Shown here one piece after another: positions 17,736 to 27,931 of a stretch of 40,512 bases of DNA (position 1 is its first letter; each line of letters begins with the position of its first letter). The notes under the pieces are model-generated. The model saw only the letters and a program-made list of their open reading frames with translations. It searched no databases and was not told the origin of the DNA. The stretch comes from Ruminococcus sp. (lineage in GTDB: Bacteria; Bacillota; Clostridia; Oscillospirales; Ruminococcaceae). The stretch is from positions 1 to 40,512 of the forward strand of contig JAFRXR010000167.1 in assembly GCA_017443395.1 (NCBI GenBank), written 5' to 3'. Position numbers and translations under genes: made by a program.

Positions 17736-19562
17736 TCATATGCATATCTTCACGCCGAACCGCTTCAGCCAGCAGTCGAGCTGTATGAAATACGCGATGG
17801 TCTGGGGCAGATTCATCAGCTGTCCATACCACTGAACGCTGTCCGCGTGGGTCAGCAGACGCTCCAGTGCCTTCACGCTCACGAGGTCGGTGAGCGGCGT
17901 GTCACGCGAGAGGATATCCCGCAGCCGCTCCGTCACTGCCGTCAGGTACGCGGGGTCGTGGGTCTTCGGGTAGGGGCTCTTCTTACGGCGGAGCACCTCC
18001 TCCGGCAGCCAGTCCTTCATCGCCTCGCGCAGCAAGCCCTTCTCCTGTCCGTCGTGATCCTTGTACTCCCACGGCACGTTGTACAGGTACTCCGCGATGC
18101 GGTAGTCGCAGAACGGCACGCGCACCTCCAGCCCGCTGTACATCGACATCCTGTCCTTGCGGTCAAGGAGATTCTGCATGAACCAGTCAAAGTTGAGCTG
18201 CGTCATCTCGCGCATTCGCTCCTCAAGGGAACTGTCCGTGCTGAGGCGGTCGGCGGAATCGGCAGTCCGGCGGTACGCGGAATAGACGTATCCCTCTGCG
18301 TCGATATCTCCCGCATAGCGCTCGTGGAGGAAGGTCTTGCGGTACGCCGTGCTCTGTGCCCACGGGAAGCCGTCCGTCATGCGGATATCCTCGTCGCGGT
18401 ACCACGGATAGCCGCCGAATATCTCGTCCGAGCACTCGCCCGACAGCGCCACCGTGCCGTGCTTTTTTATCTCGCGGCAGAGCAGCAGCATAGAGGCGTC
18501 AACGTCCGCCATGCCGGGAAGTCCGCGTGCTTCGACGGCTTCGTCCAGCGCCGCGACGAGCTCCGGTACCTCGACTACGGTCCAGTGGTGGTCAGAATCA
18601 AGATACTCCGCCATTTTCTGAATGTATTCGGGGTCGCTGTTAGGCTGGAAATGCGACTTTTTGAAGTACTGCGCGTTGTTGAGGTAGTCCACCGAGAATG
18701 TCGGCAGGCGCTTGCCGGACTTTTTCAGCTCCGCTGCCGCGACCGACGATATCAGGCTCGAATCCAGTCCGCCCGACAGAAACGTACACACCGGGACGTC
18801 CGAGACGAGCTGGCGGCGTATCGAGTCGAGGAGCAGCTCCCGGACGTTCTCCGCGGTCTCCTCGAAGCTCTCATGCAGCTCGTATGCGCGCAGCCGCCAG
18901 TACTCGCGGAGTTTGAGTCCGTCCTCCGTGAAGAAGCCGCACTCCCCCGCCCTGACCTCGCTTATCCCGCGCAGCACTCCGCAGCCGGGCGTCCTTCCGG
19001 GCGCGATAAGAAGCAGCTCCGCCGCACCGGTGAGGCCGAGCTCGGGGGTGATGTCGGAATGTGCGAGCAGGGCGGGTATCTCAGAGGCGAATATCAATTT
19101 ATCCCCGCGGAGCGCGTAAAACAGGGGCTTAACGCCTATCCGGTCACGCGCGAGGAATACCCTCCGCGCAGACTCGTCCCAGACCGTGAACGCAAATATA
19201 CCGTTGAAGCGCTCCACGCATTTCTCTCCCCAGCGCATATAGCTGCGCAGCACGACCTCCGTGTCCGAGCGGGTCGTGAAGATGTCCTCGCCGAGCTCGC
19301 GGCGGAGCTCCGTGGCATTATACAGCTCGCCGTTATACACGATCGTGTACTGCCTGCCGTCCTCCGCACAGGTCATGGGCTGACGTCCGCCGGAGATGTC
19401 GATGACGGCTAGGCGCGTGTGGACGAGCGCCGCCTCCCTCGTCAGGACTATCCCGCGCTGGTCAGGTCCGCGCCGAAGCAGCGCCCGCTGCATTTCCTGA
19501 CAGTTTTTCATTTCCTCCCGCATATCCTCGCGGAAGCTGATCACACCTGCTATCCCGCACAT
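17736..19562 (-). CDS. asnB: Glutamine-hydrolysing asparagine synthetase-family amidotransferase (AsnO-like)
   Basis: N-terminal MCGIAG (Ntn Cys), RGPD, NGELYN, RDRIGVKPL, LSGGLDSS, LEVRVPF, RKKSPYP. Confidence 0.93.
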   Translation of the reverse strand: MCGIAGVISFREDMREEMKNCQEMQRALLRRGPDQRGIVLTREAALVHTRLAVIDISGGRQPMTCAEDGRQYTIVYNGELYNATELRRELGEDIFTTRSDTEVVLRSYMRWGEKCVERFNGIFAFTVWDESARRVFLARDRIGVKPLFYALRGDKLIFASEIPALLAHSDITPELGLTGAAELLLIAPGRTPGCGVLRGISEVRAGECGFFTEDGLKLREYWRLRAYELHESFEETAENVRELLLDSIRRQLVSDVPVCTFLSGGLDSSLISSVAAAELKKSGKRLPTFSVDYLNNAQYFKKSHFQPNSDPEYIQKMAEYLDSDHHWTVVEVPELVAALDEAVEARGLPGMADVDASMLLLCREIKKHGTVALSGECSDEIFGGYPWYRDEDIRMTDGFPWAQSTAYRKTFLHERYAGDIDAEGYVYSAYRRTADSADRLSTDSSLEERMREMTQLNFDWFMQNLLDRKDRMSMYSGLEVRVPFCDYRIAEYLYNVPWEYKDHDGQEKGLLREAMKDWLPEEVLRRKKSPYPKTHDPAYLTAVTERLRDILSRDTPLTDLVSVKALERLLTHADSVQWYGQLMNLPQTIAYFIQLDCWLKRFGVKICI

Positions 19563-19611
19563 GATTCCCTCCAGCCGCTTTCCGGCATACGGCACGCCGT
19601 AGTCTGGAATT

Positions 19612-19637
19612 ATTATATGTCGGCGGAGGGAGAATGT
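19612..19637 (-). promoter_or_regulatory. Putative sigmaE/sigmaK-type promoter of asnB
   Basis: AC-16 nt-CATATAAT on the minus strand. Confidence 0.5.
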
Positions 19638-19676
19638 TGCAAAAAAACGGAGCGCCACCGGCACTCCGCTTTTGTA

Positions 19677-20186
19677 TCATTCCTTTACGTACACACCGAC
19701 TATCTCGGAGATGTACGCTCTGTGGTAGGGATCGCTCCCGAAGAACTGCTGCGGGATACCGTCGTCAGTGAGGAAGCTCTCCTCCTTGAGGTCATAGCTG
19801 TACAGCTTGCGGCAGACGAGCACCAGCTCCGCCTGCTCGAAGGTCACGCAGCCGTCGAGCTCCGCAGGGACAAGTCCCGTTTCTGCGGGCTTGTCGCAGT
19901 CGCGTCCGGAGTGCGAGCCGCAGAACGATAATGCGCTGCGCTGCTCGCTGCCGAAGAACGATGCGGTAAAGTACTCGCTGTCCTCGATGAACTTGTATGT
20001 ATGCCTGTTCGGGCGGATATAGCAGGTGAATACGTTCCTGTTCCACAGTACGCCAGCCTGTCCCCACGAAACCGTCATGGTGTTGAAGCTGTCAGGCGTT
20101 CCCGCTGTGACGAGCGCCCAGTCCCTGCCGATCTTCTTGAACGGATCGAAGCCGAGCCCGCTCAGTTCTGTTTTTCTGAAAGCCAT
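19677..20186 (-). CDS. Flavin reductase-like (FMN-binding split barrel) protein
   Basis: NTMTVSWG, IRPNRHT, FCGSHSGRDCDK, H near the C-terminus. Confidence 0.88.
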   Translation of the reverse strand: MAFRKTELSGLGFDPFKKIGRDWALVTAGTPDSFNTMTVSWGQAGVLWNRNVFTCYIRPNRHTYKFIEDSEYFTASFFGSEQRSALSFCGSHSGRDCDKPAETGLVPAELDGCVTFEQAELVLVCRKLYSYDLKEESFLTDDGIPQQFFGSDPYHRAYISEIVGVYVKE

Positions 20187-20227
20187 AAAAACATTCCCTT
20201 CTTATCGCCCGTTGACCCTCCCGCGGA

Positions 20228-20986
20228 CTACTTCGCGCTCTTCAGAGCCGATTTGTAGCGCAGGCGCAGCTTGTCGGTTATCAGCGCGATGAACTCGGAA
20301 TTCGTCGGCTTGCCCTTGCCGGTATCGACGGTGTAGCCGAAGAACGAATTCAGAGTATCGACGTTGCCTCTGTCCCATGCTATCTCTATCGCGTGGCGGA
20401 TAGCGCGCTCCACCCTCGACGAGGTCGTGTCGTAGATGCCGGCGACCGTCGGATAGAGGAGCTTCGTTACGCTGTCGAGGAGAGTCTTGTCCTCGACGGA
20501 GTAGAGGATAGCCGTGCGCAGGTAGTGGTATCCCTTGATGTGCGCGGGTACTCCGAGCTGATGTATTATGTCAGTCACAACGACCTCCATGTCGTCGCTG
20601 AGACTGCTCGCCCTGTCTCCGAGGGCTGAGGTTATCGCGCTGAACAGGTCGTCAGCGTCGCAGGGCTTGAGCAGGAACCGCGAGGCTCCGTTGTCCATGA
20701 CCTGCCGCTCGATGAATTCATTGTCGTATGCGGACGTCACTATGAACACGGGGAACTTCACTCCCAGCTCACGCACCCTTTTCATGATCGTGACTACGTC
20801 GCCGTTCTGAGCCGTGATGTCGAGCACCGCCACGTCCGGCGGGTCGTTGCGTATCGACTCGATTATGACTGCGCAGTCCTTGCGCCTGGTGTATGCGTAC
20901 ATACCCCTCTCGCGCAGCTTGTTTGCAAGGCTTACACCGGTCTCGGCAGAATCGTCGCCGATGAGAACTTTTACTTTACTATTCAT
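20228..20986 (-). CDS. spo0A: Sporulation master regulator Spo0A
   Basis: C-terminal domain [40 protein letters not shown]; N-terminal receiver; ATG 20986 behind AGGAGG. Confidence 0.93.
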   Translation of the reverse strand: MNSKVKVLIGDDSAETGVSLANKLRERGMYAYTRRKDCAVIIESIRNDPPDVAVLDITAQNGDVVTIMKRVRELGVKFPVFIVTSAYDNEFIERQVMDNGASRFLLKPCDADDLFSAITSALGDRASSLSDDMEVVVTDIIHQLGVPAHIKGYHYLRTAILYSVEDKTLLDSVTKLLYPTVAGIYDTTSSRVERAIRHAIEIAWDRGNVDTLNSFFGYTVDTGKGKPTNSEFIALITDKLRLRYKSALKSAK

Positions 20987-21176
20987 TTCATTTGACCCTC
21001 CTGTTTTGTTCTGCATATACAGTTTAACACAGGGAGCCGCTGCGCGCAACGGAGAAAAACAGGTTATATTCTGTTTTTTGCGCGGGAAATGGATAATGCT
21101 GTTGCCGACCGGTGCTGCTGTAAAACCGCGGCGATTCCGCACGAAAAATGCATTTTCCGCGAACCGCCGCGAATGG

Positions 21177-22493
21177 CTATCTGCTGCGGTGCAGCTTGGT
21201 GAGGGCGCCGTCCGCGAGGCTGCGTACCTTCGAGCCCGGCGGGAACAGCTTGTCGGCTACTCTGTAAAGACCGCCCTTCCGCACCTTTTTGTAGTATACC
21301 GGTGCTATTTCGGGTTCTGATGTCGCCTTTGCCCAGCTTTCATAGACTTCTGCGGAAAGATAGGGCTTCAGGAGCTCTCTGTCCGCGGGGGAGCTGTGCT
21401 TTTCGAGGAATATCAGCGGGAGCTGACAATCGCGCGAGCCGTATTTCCCGAGGTGATCCCCGAAATGCAGCGCCAGTGCGTCACGAAACGCCCCGCGTCC
21501 TGCACGGCAGTCCGGACACTCCTCCAGTGCCGCGATGAGAGCACTTTGCAGCTCGTTCTCAGGGGCGAAGTCTCCGCACAAGCTCAGTCCGCCGAGGACT
21601 ATGAAGCCCAGCATGAACGCGCTCCCGCAGAAGTCGCTGTGGACAGTCTTGCCCTGCGGTATGTCAAAGCAGTACATCGAGTACAGTCCGAAAAGGCTGT
21701 GCAGCGGGAGGTACTGCGGGTCGTCGGTGTCGAGGAGGTGCTTCGCCTCAACGAAGCCGCGCAGGCGTCCGGAGCGAACCATAAGAGGCAGCACCGGTGC
21801 GAGCATGAGCGCCTTCTGTCCCTTGAGAATGGGGTATTCCACGTCCTCTGCGACGTTGGGGCCGATGTGCAGGAGCTTTCCTGCAGGGACATCTGCCTTC
21901 AGCATCGCAGCATCTATCGCGGAGTGACTGTCGGTGTCCGCGATGTTCAGCTCGGACGGCATTATCAGCTCGTCATAGTCCGCATAGCCGCAGCTTTTCA
22001 GCACGTTCTCGACTGTGCTGCGCGGGTATATCGTGTCCGCGATGATGATGATCTTTTTGCCGTGAGCCTTCGCTTCGCGGAACATTTCGAGCCCCGTCTG
22101 ACGCGGCGAGGAATAGTACTCCACAAGCTCGCATTCACGCTGCTGGAGCCTCGCGCGCGCCGTCGAGCTAAGCTTTCCCGTCTTCTGGAGCCTATCGTAT
22201 ATCAGACCGAGCGTTATCGGGCGCTTTTTTCCGTACTTTACCTCAACGTAGTCCTGCGCGATGACGCGCATTTCGGTGAACGTGCGTCTGCCGGCGTAGA
22301 GGTCGCTGAGCTCGCTCTCGAGCTGCATGAAGATGTCGGTGAAGCCGGAGAACGGCGTGAGCACAAGGACGTCGCGGAGCTTGAAGCTGACCGCCTTTAT
22401 GCTGCCGCTGCGCATCTGCGCGAGCAACTTGCCGCGGAGCTCCTCCTGCTCGTCCGAGACCGGTATCACGGGCTTTTTCTCGTCACTCATCAT
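21177..22493 (-). CDS. HAD-like fold protein with degenerate catalytic motifs
   Basis: [11 protein letters not shown] (motif I-like), [20 protein letters not shown] (motif IV-like); overlaps the GH26 stop. Confidence 0.7.
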   Translation of the reverse strand: MMSDEKKPVIPVSDEQEELRGKLLAQMRSGSIKAVSFKLRDVLVLTPFSGFTDIFMQLESELSDLYAGRRTFTEMRVIAQDYVEVKYGKKRPITLGLIYDRLQKTGKLSSTARARLQQRECELVEYYSSPRQTGLEMFREAKAHGKKIIIIADTIYPRSTVENVLKSCGYADYDELIMPSELNIADTDSHSAIDAAMLKADVPAGKLLHIGPNVAEDVEYPILKGQKALMLAPVLPLMVRSGRLRGFVEAKHLLDTDDPQYLPLHSLFGLYSMYCFDIPQGKTVHSDFCGSAFMLGFIVLGGLSLCGDFAPENELQSALIAALEECPDCRAGRGAFRDALALHFGDHLGKYGSRDCQLPLIFLEKHSSPADRELLKPYLSAEVYESWAKATSEPEIAPVYYKKVRKGGLYRVADKLFPPGSKVRSLADGALTKLHRSR

Positions 22494-24198
22494 ATCCCTC
22501 CTCCGTTCCGGACTCAGCGGGAGCCTCCTCCTGAACCGTCTCAGCTTCCGTTTCAGGCTCCGGAACAGGCTCTATCGCGGGACTTACCGACCCGCCGCTC
22601 CTGAGCGTCATATACTCGTCGAGCGTGAGCGCCCCGCTGGAATTGTATGCGCGTATCAGCTCCTCGCGGGAGGTGTATTCCTCGGAAATATCACCGTCCG
22701 CGCCGACGATGTGGTCGCCGTACCACACGCCGAAGAACGACCAGACAGCGTTGTCCCTGAACACTGCGTCGATGTCGGGGACGCTGCTGCACTCGCTGAT
22801 CGCGATGAGCTTGTCCGTACCTATGTATTTCTGTGCCGCCGCGAACTGCTCGTATCTGCTGCCGAATTCCTTTTCGGGGTCGAGATAGAGGTCGTAGGAG
22901 GCGATGTCGTACATCGAGCTGTCAACGGTGAAGGTGTCGCTCTGACCGTTCCACAGCCAGATGAGGTTGTCCAGCCCGAAGTACTCGGTGTAGCGCGTGT
23001 ACATCAGCTTCCACAGCCAGCGGTAAGCCTCGCTGCCGGACGCTCCCCACCAGTACCAGCCGCCGGAAGCCTCGTGGAGAGGTCTCCACAGCACCGGCAC
23101 TCCGCGGTTTTTCAGCGTTGTGAGCTGTCCTGCCATGTTATCGAGGTCAAGCATGAGCCCGTAGCATTCCTCTGTTATCCTGCCCTCGCCGTAAAGTCCG
23201 CGTATATCCTCCTGCGAGAGCATGGAGAGGTCGATGTCCGTGACTGCCTTTCCGAGCGAAAAACCGGTCTCTGCGGCGTATACGGACGGCTCGCCGCTCG
23301 GTGCGCGCCACTGCCACATGAGTCCCACTATACCGCCGCTGTGATACCAGTCGGAGCAGGCATCGAGATCCTTGAAGTTGCCGTCGTAGGACTTGCCTGC
23401 GTTGTCGAGCACCGCGAAGCGTATCACCGGATACTTGCCCGTCGCCTTGTATATCGCGTCGAGCTCCGCACCGGTGCTGTCCGAGACGTACTGCCCCGTG
23501 ATGACGTATTTTCCGTAGTTCTCGGCGAGGAAGTCCATGAGCTCCGTCGCAGCCTGTGCCGCGTTGACGTTCGAGAGACCGCCCTGCGCGTCGTAGCTTA
23601 TCTCGCTGAGGGAGGTGTTGTTCTCGACCTTGAGGTAATCCACGCAGAGATCGCCCTCGGGGATAAGCTCGATGTCCGAGACGCCGCACACGAGAAACAC
23701 TCCGTACAGCGTTATCCTGTGGAATTCGCCGTCGTCGGGCGTGGTGAAGGTGTATATCGTCCTGCCGTTCAGGCGCACGCTGCAATCAACGGCGCTCGCC
23801 GATGATATTATGAACGAAAGGTCGTAATGCTGGGTGCTCGGGGCTTCTGCGCTGAAGCTGAGATAGCGGGAGCCGTCGCTGCCGAAGCCTGTGACGTAGC
23901 CGTCGCCGCTGAAATTCCCGCCCTCGGACGCGATAGACAGTCCCCCGAACGACGCAGCGTTCTCTGCCTCATAGACGTCGCCCGCCTCTGTGTACTCTAT
24001 CTGCGGGTAGGTCACGGGGATATCCGGGAAGGATTCCGCCTGTATCTCTGTAGTTTCAGGGATCTCGGCGTCCGTGGGGATCTCCTCGATGATAACGCTC
24101 CCCATGGCTGAGCCCTGTCCCTTATCAGAACTGCACCCTGCACAGCCTGCCCCGAGGAGCACCGCCGCGCAGAGCGCTGTCAGCTTTCGTAATTCCAT
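22483..24198 (-). CDS. GH26 beta-mannanase-like lipoprotein with N-terminal CBM35/CBM6-like module
   Basis: Lipobox GCAGC; YEAENA..FSGDGYV CBM signature; WRPLHEASGGWYWWG (acid/base) and IAISEC (nucleophile). Confidence 0.92.
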   Translation of the reverse strand: MELRKLTALCAAVLLGAGCAGCSSDKGQGSAMGSVIIEEIPTDAEIPETTEIQAESFPDIPVTYPQIEYTEAGDVYEAENAASFGGLSIASEGGNFSGDGYVTGFGSDGSRYLSFSAEAPSTQHYDLSFIISSASAVDCSVRLNGRTIYTFTTPDDGEFHRITLYGVFLVCGVSDIELIPEGDLCVDYLKVENNTSLSEISYDAQGGLSNVNAAQAATELMDFLAENYGKYVITGQYVSDSTGAELDAIYKATGKYPVIRFAVLDNAGKSYDGNFKDLDACSDWYHSGGIVGLMWQWRAPSGEPSVYAAETGFSLGKAVTDIDLSMLSQEDIRGLYGEGRITEECYGLMLDLDNMAGQLTTLKNRGVPVLWRPLHEASGGWYWWGASGSEAYRWLWKLMYTRYTEYFGLDNLIWLWNGQSDTFTVDSSMYDIASYDLYLDPEKEFGSRYEQFAAAQKYIGTDKLIAISECSSVPDIDAVFRDNAVWSFFGVWYGDHIVGADGDISEEYTSREELIRAYNSSGALTLDEYMTLRSGGSVSPAIEPVPEPETEAETVQEEAPAESGTEEGYDE

Positions 24199-24208
24199 AC
24201 GTCCTCCG

Positions 24209-26527
24209 TTACGGCTTTACCGTGTATACCGAGCCCTGAACGGTGCTGAAGATTATCACGCCGTCCTCGATGCGCGAGCCCACTGTCTCGCCGTCGCAGA
24301 TTATGCTCGCTACACAGTTCGCGCGGAGCCTGCATTCGCCGCCGCAGTCGGAGGTTATCCTTGCAGTGCTCAGCTTGCCGTCCTTCCATTCGATGTCGAT
24401 GCCGAAGCCGCCCTTCGCACGCAGTCCGCGCACACTTCCGGTGCTCCACTCGTCCGGGAGCGCGGGGAGGAGCGTTATCTCGCCGCAGCAGCTCTGGAGC
24501 AGAGCCTCCGCGATAGCCGCTGTTCCGCCGAAATTTCCGTCTATCTGGAACGGCGGGTGCGAATCGAGCATATTCGGGCAGGTCGAGTGCGCGAGGAGCT
24601 TCTTGAGGTTCTCGTAGACCATTCTGCCGTCGTAGAGCCTTGCCCACATATTCGATATCCATGCGCAGCTCCAGCCGGTGTGTCCGCCGCCGTGTATGAG
24701 CCTGCGGACAAGGGTAGCTCTTGCGGCGTCCGCGAGCTTGGGCGTCTTGACAGGGCTGATGAGGTCAGCCGGGTGCAGCGCGAAAAGCTGCGAAACGTGG
24801 CGGTGTCCTATCTCGACCTCGTCGTAGTCGACTGCCCACTCCTTGATCTGTCCGTACTTGCCGATCTCGGGCTGCGGGAGCTTTTCGAGGAGCGACGTCA
24901 GCTCTGCGGCGAAATCAGCGTCCCTGCCGAGTATATCAGCCGCCCTGATGACGTCTCTGAACAGCACGGTGATTATCTGCGAGTCCATCGAGGGTCCCAT
25001 GCAGAGGCAGCCCTTTACGCCGTTCTCGGTAAGGTAGGTGTTCTCCGGGGAGACAGACGGACAGGTAACGAGCCTGCCCTCGCCGTCCTCGATAAGGAAG
25101 CGGGTGAAGAACTCGGCGGCTTCCTTTAATATATGGTATTTGTCGGCGAGGAAAGCCTCGTCGAGAGTGTATTCGTAGTGCTCGAAGATGTGCAGCGCGA
25201 GCCATGCGCCGCCGGTCACCCAGATAGTCGCGGGGACCCATTCGTCCTGCGGGGCTGTGTCGCCCCAGATGTCTGTGTTGTGGTGACAGACGAAGCCCTT
25301 GTCTATGCCGTACATCTCCTTAGCGGTGATGCGTCCGTTTTCGCATACCCTTTCAAGCAGGTCGAACAGCGGAAGGTGGCACTCCGGGAGACCGCAGTTC
25401 TCCGCGCACCAGTAGTTCATCTCGGTGTTGATGTTGACCGTGAAGCGGCTGCCCCACGCGGGCCACATATCCTCGTTCCATATGCCCTGGAGGTTAGCGG
25501 GCTGAGTTCCGGGGCGGCTGCACGAGATGAGGAGGTAGCGGCCATAGTTGAAGTAGAGCTCGATGAGCTTGTTGTCGTGGATAAGGCGCACGCACTCCTT
25601 GTTGTCGAGCTCGTCGCCCTTGAGGCGGTCGATACGCTCGTCGGTGGTCATGGAATCGAGATCTGCGCCGCTGTTGTCCTCGAGATCCAGCTCAACGCGG
25701 TCGAAGAGCTCCCTGTAGTCACAGACGTGGCGGTACATGAGCTCGTCGTACTGGCACTGCATAGCCATTTCAGCGTCCACCTGCGCGGACTCAGCATAAT
25801 TCTCGCTGTAGAAGCTCGTGCGGACGGAAAGGACGAGCGTTACGGAATCTGCGCCCTTTGCTGATATCTTGCTGCCGATAGTGCGGAGCTCGCCGCCCTC
25901 AGCAGTCGCGCCGAGACAGGCTGCGAAGAAAATGCCGTCGCGGCTGCCTGTTCCGCCGGTATAGAGGATCATATTCTTCCCGCAGGGGCGGTCGTCGTCG
26001 AAGTAGTCCTCCCTGCCGCCGATGTCGCAGGTAAGGGAAACGCTCCCCTTAGTATCGGAGGAAACGTGTATCACCATCACGTCGTCCGGCGCGGAAACGA
26101 ACACCTCGCGGGTGTAGTTCACGCCCTCGCAGCTGAAGGTCGCTCCCGAAACGGCATTAGCGAGGTCGAGCGTGCGGACGAGATCACGCACCTTGCCGTC
26201 AAGCTCCATATTAATATGAAGGTCGCCGAGGGGCATATAATGGCGGCTGTTGGGACCTGTGCCCTGCATTTTCTGGAAAGCCACGCGCTCAGCCTCGGGG
26301 ATATTTCCCTCCTTGATAAGGGCACGCACCTCCGCGAGACCTTCCTGTGCATCGGGGTTTACTCTGTGGCGCGGGCCGCCGGACCATATGGAATCCTCGT
26401 TCAGCCTGATGAGCTCATTTGGGGCTCCGCCGTATATCATGCCGCCTATCCTGCCGTTCCCGACGGGAAGAGCGTGTTCAAAGTCCTCGGCAGCGCCGTT
26501 GTATCTGAGTAAGGTTTCAGTAGCCAT
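24209..26527 (-). CDS. GH95 alpha-L-fucosidase/alpha-L-galactosidase (no signal peptide)
   Basis: [67 protein letters not shown]. Confidence 0.95.
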   Translation of the reverse strand: MATETLLRYNGAAEDFEHALPVGNGRIGGMIYGGAPNELIRLNEDSIWSGGPRHRVNPDAQEGLAEVRALIKEGNIPEAERVAFQKMQGTGPNSRHYMPLGDLHINMELDGKVRDLVRTLDLANAVSGATFSCEGVNYTREVFVSAPDDVMVIHVSSDTKGSVSLTCDIGGREDYFDDDRPCGKNMILYTGGTGSRDGIFFAACLGATAEGGELRTIGSKISAKGADSVTLVLSVRTSFYSENYAESAQVDAEMAMQCQYDELMYRHVCDYRELFDRVELDLEDNSGADLDSMTTDERIDRLKGDELDNKECVRLIHDNKLIELYFNYGRYLLISCSRPGTQPANLQGIWNEDMWPAWGSRFTVNINTEMNYWCAENCGLPECHLPLFDLLERVCENGRITAKEMYGIDKGFVCHHNTDIWGDTAPQDEWVPATIWVTGGAWLALHIFEHYEYTLDEAFLADKYHILKEAAEFFTRFLIEDGEGRLVTCPSVSPENTYLTENGVKGCLCMGPSMDSQIITVLFRDVIRAADILGRDADFAAELTSLLEKLPQPEIGKYGQIKEWAVDYDEVEIGHRHVSQLFALHPADLISPVKTPKLADAARATLVRRLIHGGGHTGWSCAWISNMWARLYDGRMVYENLKKLLAHSTCPNMLDSHPPFQIDGNFGGTAAIAEALLQSCCGEITLLPALPDEWSTGSVRGLRAKGGFGIDIEWKDGKLSTARITSDCGGECRLRANCVASIICDGETVGSRIEDGVIIFSTVQGSVYTVKP

Positions 26528-26568
26528 ATATTATCTCCAATCGCGGGTTTTCGGGTGTATAATATAGT

Positions 26569-26597
26569 ATTATAACATAGTGTGAAAAAAAAAGCAA
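26569..26597 (-). promoter_or_regulatory. sigmaA promoter of the GH95-GH26 operon containing a T9 tract
   Basis: TTGCTT-17 nt-TATAAT with TG extension; A9 at 26585-26593. Confidence 0.7.
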
Positions 26598-26641
26598 CGC
26601 ACAGGGAGTTAATTTCGTGTTAAATAACGCAGAAAATGCTC

Positions 26642-26897
26642 TGTAGGGGCGTCCCTTTGGCGTCCCAGTTTGCGTGCGACCGTCAACGGTCGCAAAGAAG
26701 TTTTTTTGATACGGCAAACAAGGGGACGCCCTCTATCGCAGGTCGTCCCCTCTCGAAAAAACGATCCACTGGATCGTTTTTCGATTCACCCCTTGCGGAG
26801 CTCCTTACGTTATGCAGGGCGCTGCCCTGCACCTGCAAGGGGCTGTCTGCCCCTTGACCCCGACCAAAGGGATAATGATCCCTTTGGAATCCCATTG
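26642..26897. repeat. Modular hairpin mosaic element, copy 2, preceded by a GTAG REP half
   Basis: tgtaggggcgtcc at 26642; modules shared with copy 3: 26675-26694, 26718-26730, 26751-26797, 26864-26897. Confidence 0.85.
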
Positions 26898-26942
26898 TTT
26901 GGGTTTGCCGGCAGATGTCCCGCAAATCGCGGTATAATGTGC

Positions 26943-26971
26943 AAAAAAGCTCCCCTCACGGGGAGCCTTTT
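26943..26971. terminator. Bidirectional terminator
   Basis: aaaaaagctcccc-tcac-ggggagcctttt. Confidence 0.8.
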
Positions 26972-26972
26972 C

Positions 26973-27173
26973 TCACTTCTTGATCTTGTCAACGACGTCG
27001 CTGATCTTGTCCTTTACCTTGTCTGTATCGACCTTCTTCGCTACCTTGGAGACAGCGCTCTTGATCTTCTCATCGGGGAGATCCTTGCCTGTTGCGTTCT
27101 CAACAGCCTTTATGGGGTTCTTGGTAAGATCCTTGTCCTTGATGATCTTTTCTGCGGTTCCTTTGATATCCAT
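26973..27173 (-). CDS. Small Lys/Asp-rich hypothetical protein (66 aa)
   Basis: RBS AAGAGGG, own TTGCAT-17-TATAAT promoter (27209-27237) and own terminator. Confidence 0.8.
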   Translation of the reverse strand: MDIKGTAEKIIKDKDLTKNPIKAVENATGKDLPDEKIKSAVSKVAKKVDTDKVKDKISDVVDKIKK

Positions 27174-27292
27174 GCTGGAATACCCTCTTTCGTTAATATT
27201 GTAGCTCTATTATATCACACCGCGCAGAAAAATGCAATACGCCCGCGGAAAGATTTTCCGCTTCCGACATTTTTCTCCTGCGGACTGTGGTA

Positions 27293-27820
27293 TCATACTA
27301 TCGGAGGAGCGGGCGCGTTCTTTTTCTCCTCGCGGCGGCGTCTGCGCTCACGGCGCTCCTCGGCGGCTTCATAGGAGAATATCTGCACCGCCGCGATGAC
27401 CAACGTCAGTCCCGCCGGCAAGATAACTGGCAGCAGGCGGCGCTTGTACATTCCGCTTATCGGCTCCATTGTGTATTTGTCGCTCCAGCCGGCGAGGTCT
27501 GCGTGGCGTGCTATCCTGTACAGCATGACCATGCAGAGCGTCAGCCCTATGACCGAAAATATGAGCGAAAGGACGTTGGGGAGCGTCTTCCTGAAAAGAC
27601 ACAGCACTGCTCCCGCTGTGAGGAGCCCAGCGGAAACGAGGAACAGCACTCCTGTCCGCTCTATCTCTGCGCCGTAGGACGCGCGGTTATGTATGAGCCC
27701 GGCTCCCGCGAGCGAGGTCATGAACAGTGACCATATCGCCGTCATCACGAGCATTGCCGCCTTTGCTGCGGTCATCAGCGGGGAGCGTTTCCGGGGCATT
27801 TTTTTGTTAGTTTTTGGCAT
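27293..27820 (-). CDS. Hypothetical membrane protein (about 4 TM)
   Basis: RBS AAGGAG; four hydrophobic segments; charged tail. Confidence 0.8.
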   Translation of the reverse strand: MPKTNKKMPRKRSPLMTAAKAAMLVMTAIWSLFMTSLAGAGLIHNRASYGAEIERTGVLFLVSAGLLTAGAVLCLFRKTLPNVLSLIFSVIGLTLCMVMLYRIARHADLAGWSDKYTMEPISGMYKRRLLPVILPAGLTLVIAAVQIFSYEAAEERRERRRRREEKKNAPAPPIV

Positions 27821-27860
27821 AGCGTCTCCTTATCTTGTAAAATCTGCGGATATTTTTCAG

Positions 27861-27889
27861 TCATATCACAGCTGCGCCGGACATATAAT
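27861..27889 (+). promoter_or_regulatory. Putative sporulation-sigma promoter of spoIVB
   Basis: TCATAT...CATATAAT (ATA-16 nt-CATATAAT), sigmaE-like. Confidence 0.5.
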
Positions 27890-27931
27890 ACTATCGTTCT
27901 CGCTTTTGAGAACGATCGAAAGGAAGTCAGA

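Noticed and set aside
19563-21142. Extended N-termini given by the ORF track for asnB and spo0A (likewise radA, rplJ, ptsH, spoVFA, sigG)
   Set aside because: Downstream ATGs have clear SD sequences and match family N-termini (for example the Ntn Cys must be residue 2 in AsnB)
26636-27374. ORFs across the mosaic elements (26636-26857, 26670-27374, 26683-26925, 33714-34151, 33912-34154, 72-305, 127-312)
   Set aside because: Peptide similarity between them (DRFSIHPLR, DPFGIP/NPFGIP) just reflects the DNA repeat; no RBS and frames are not conserved between copies
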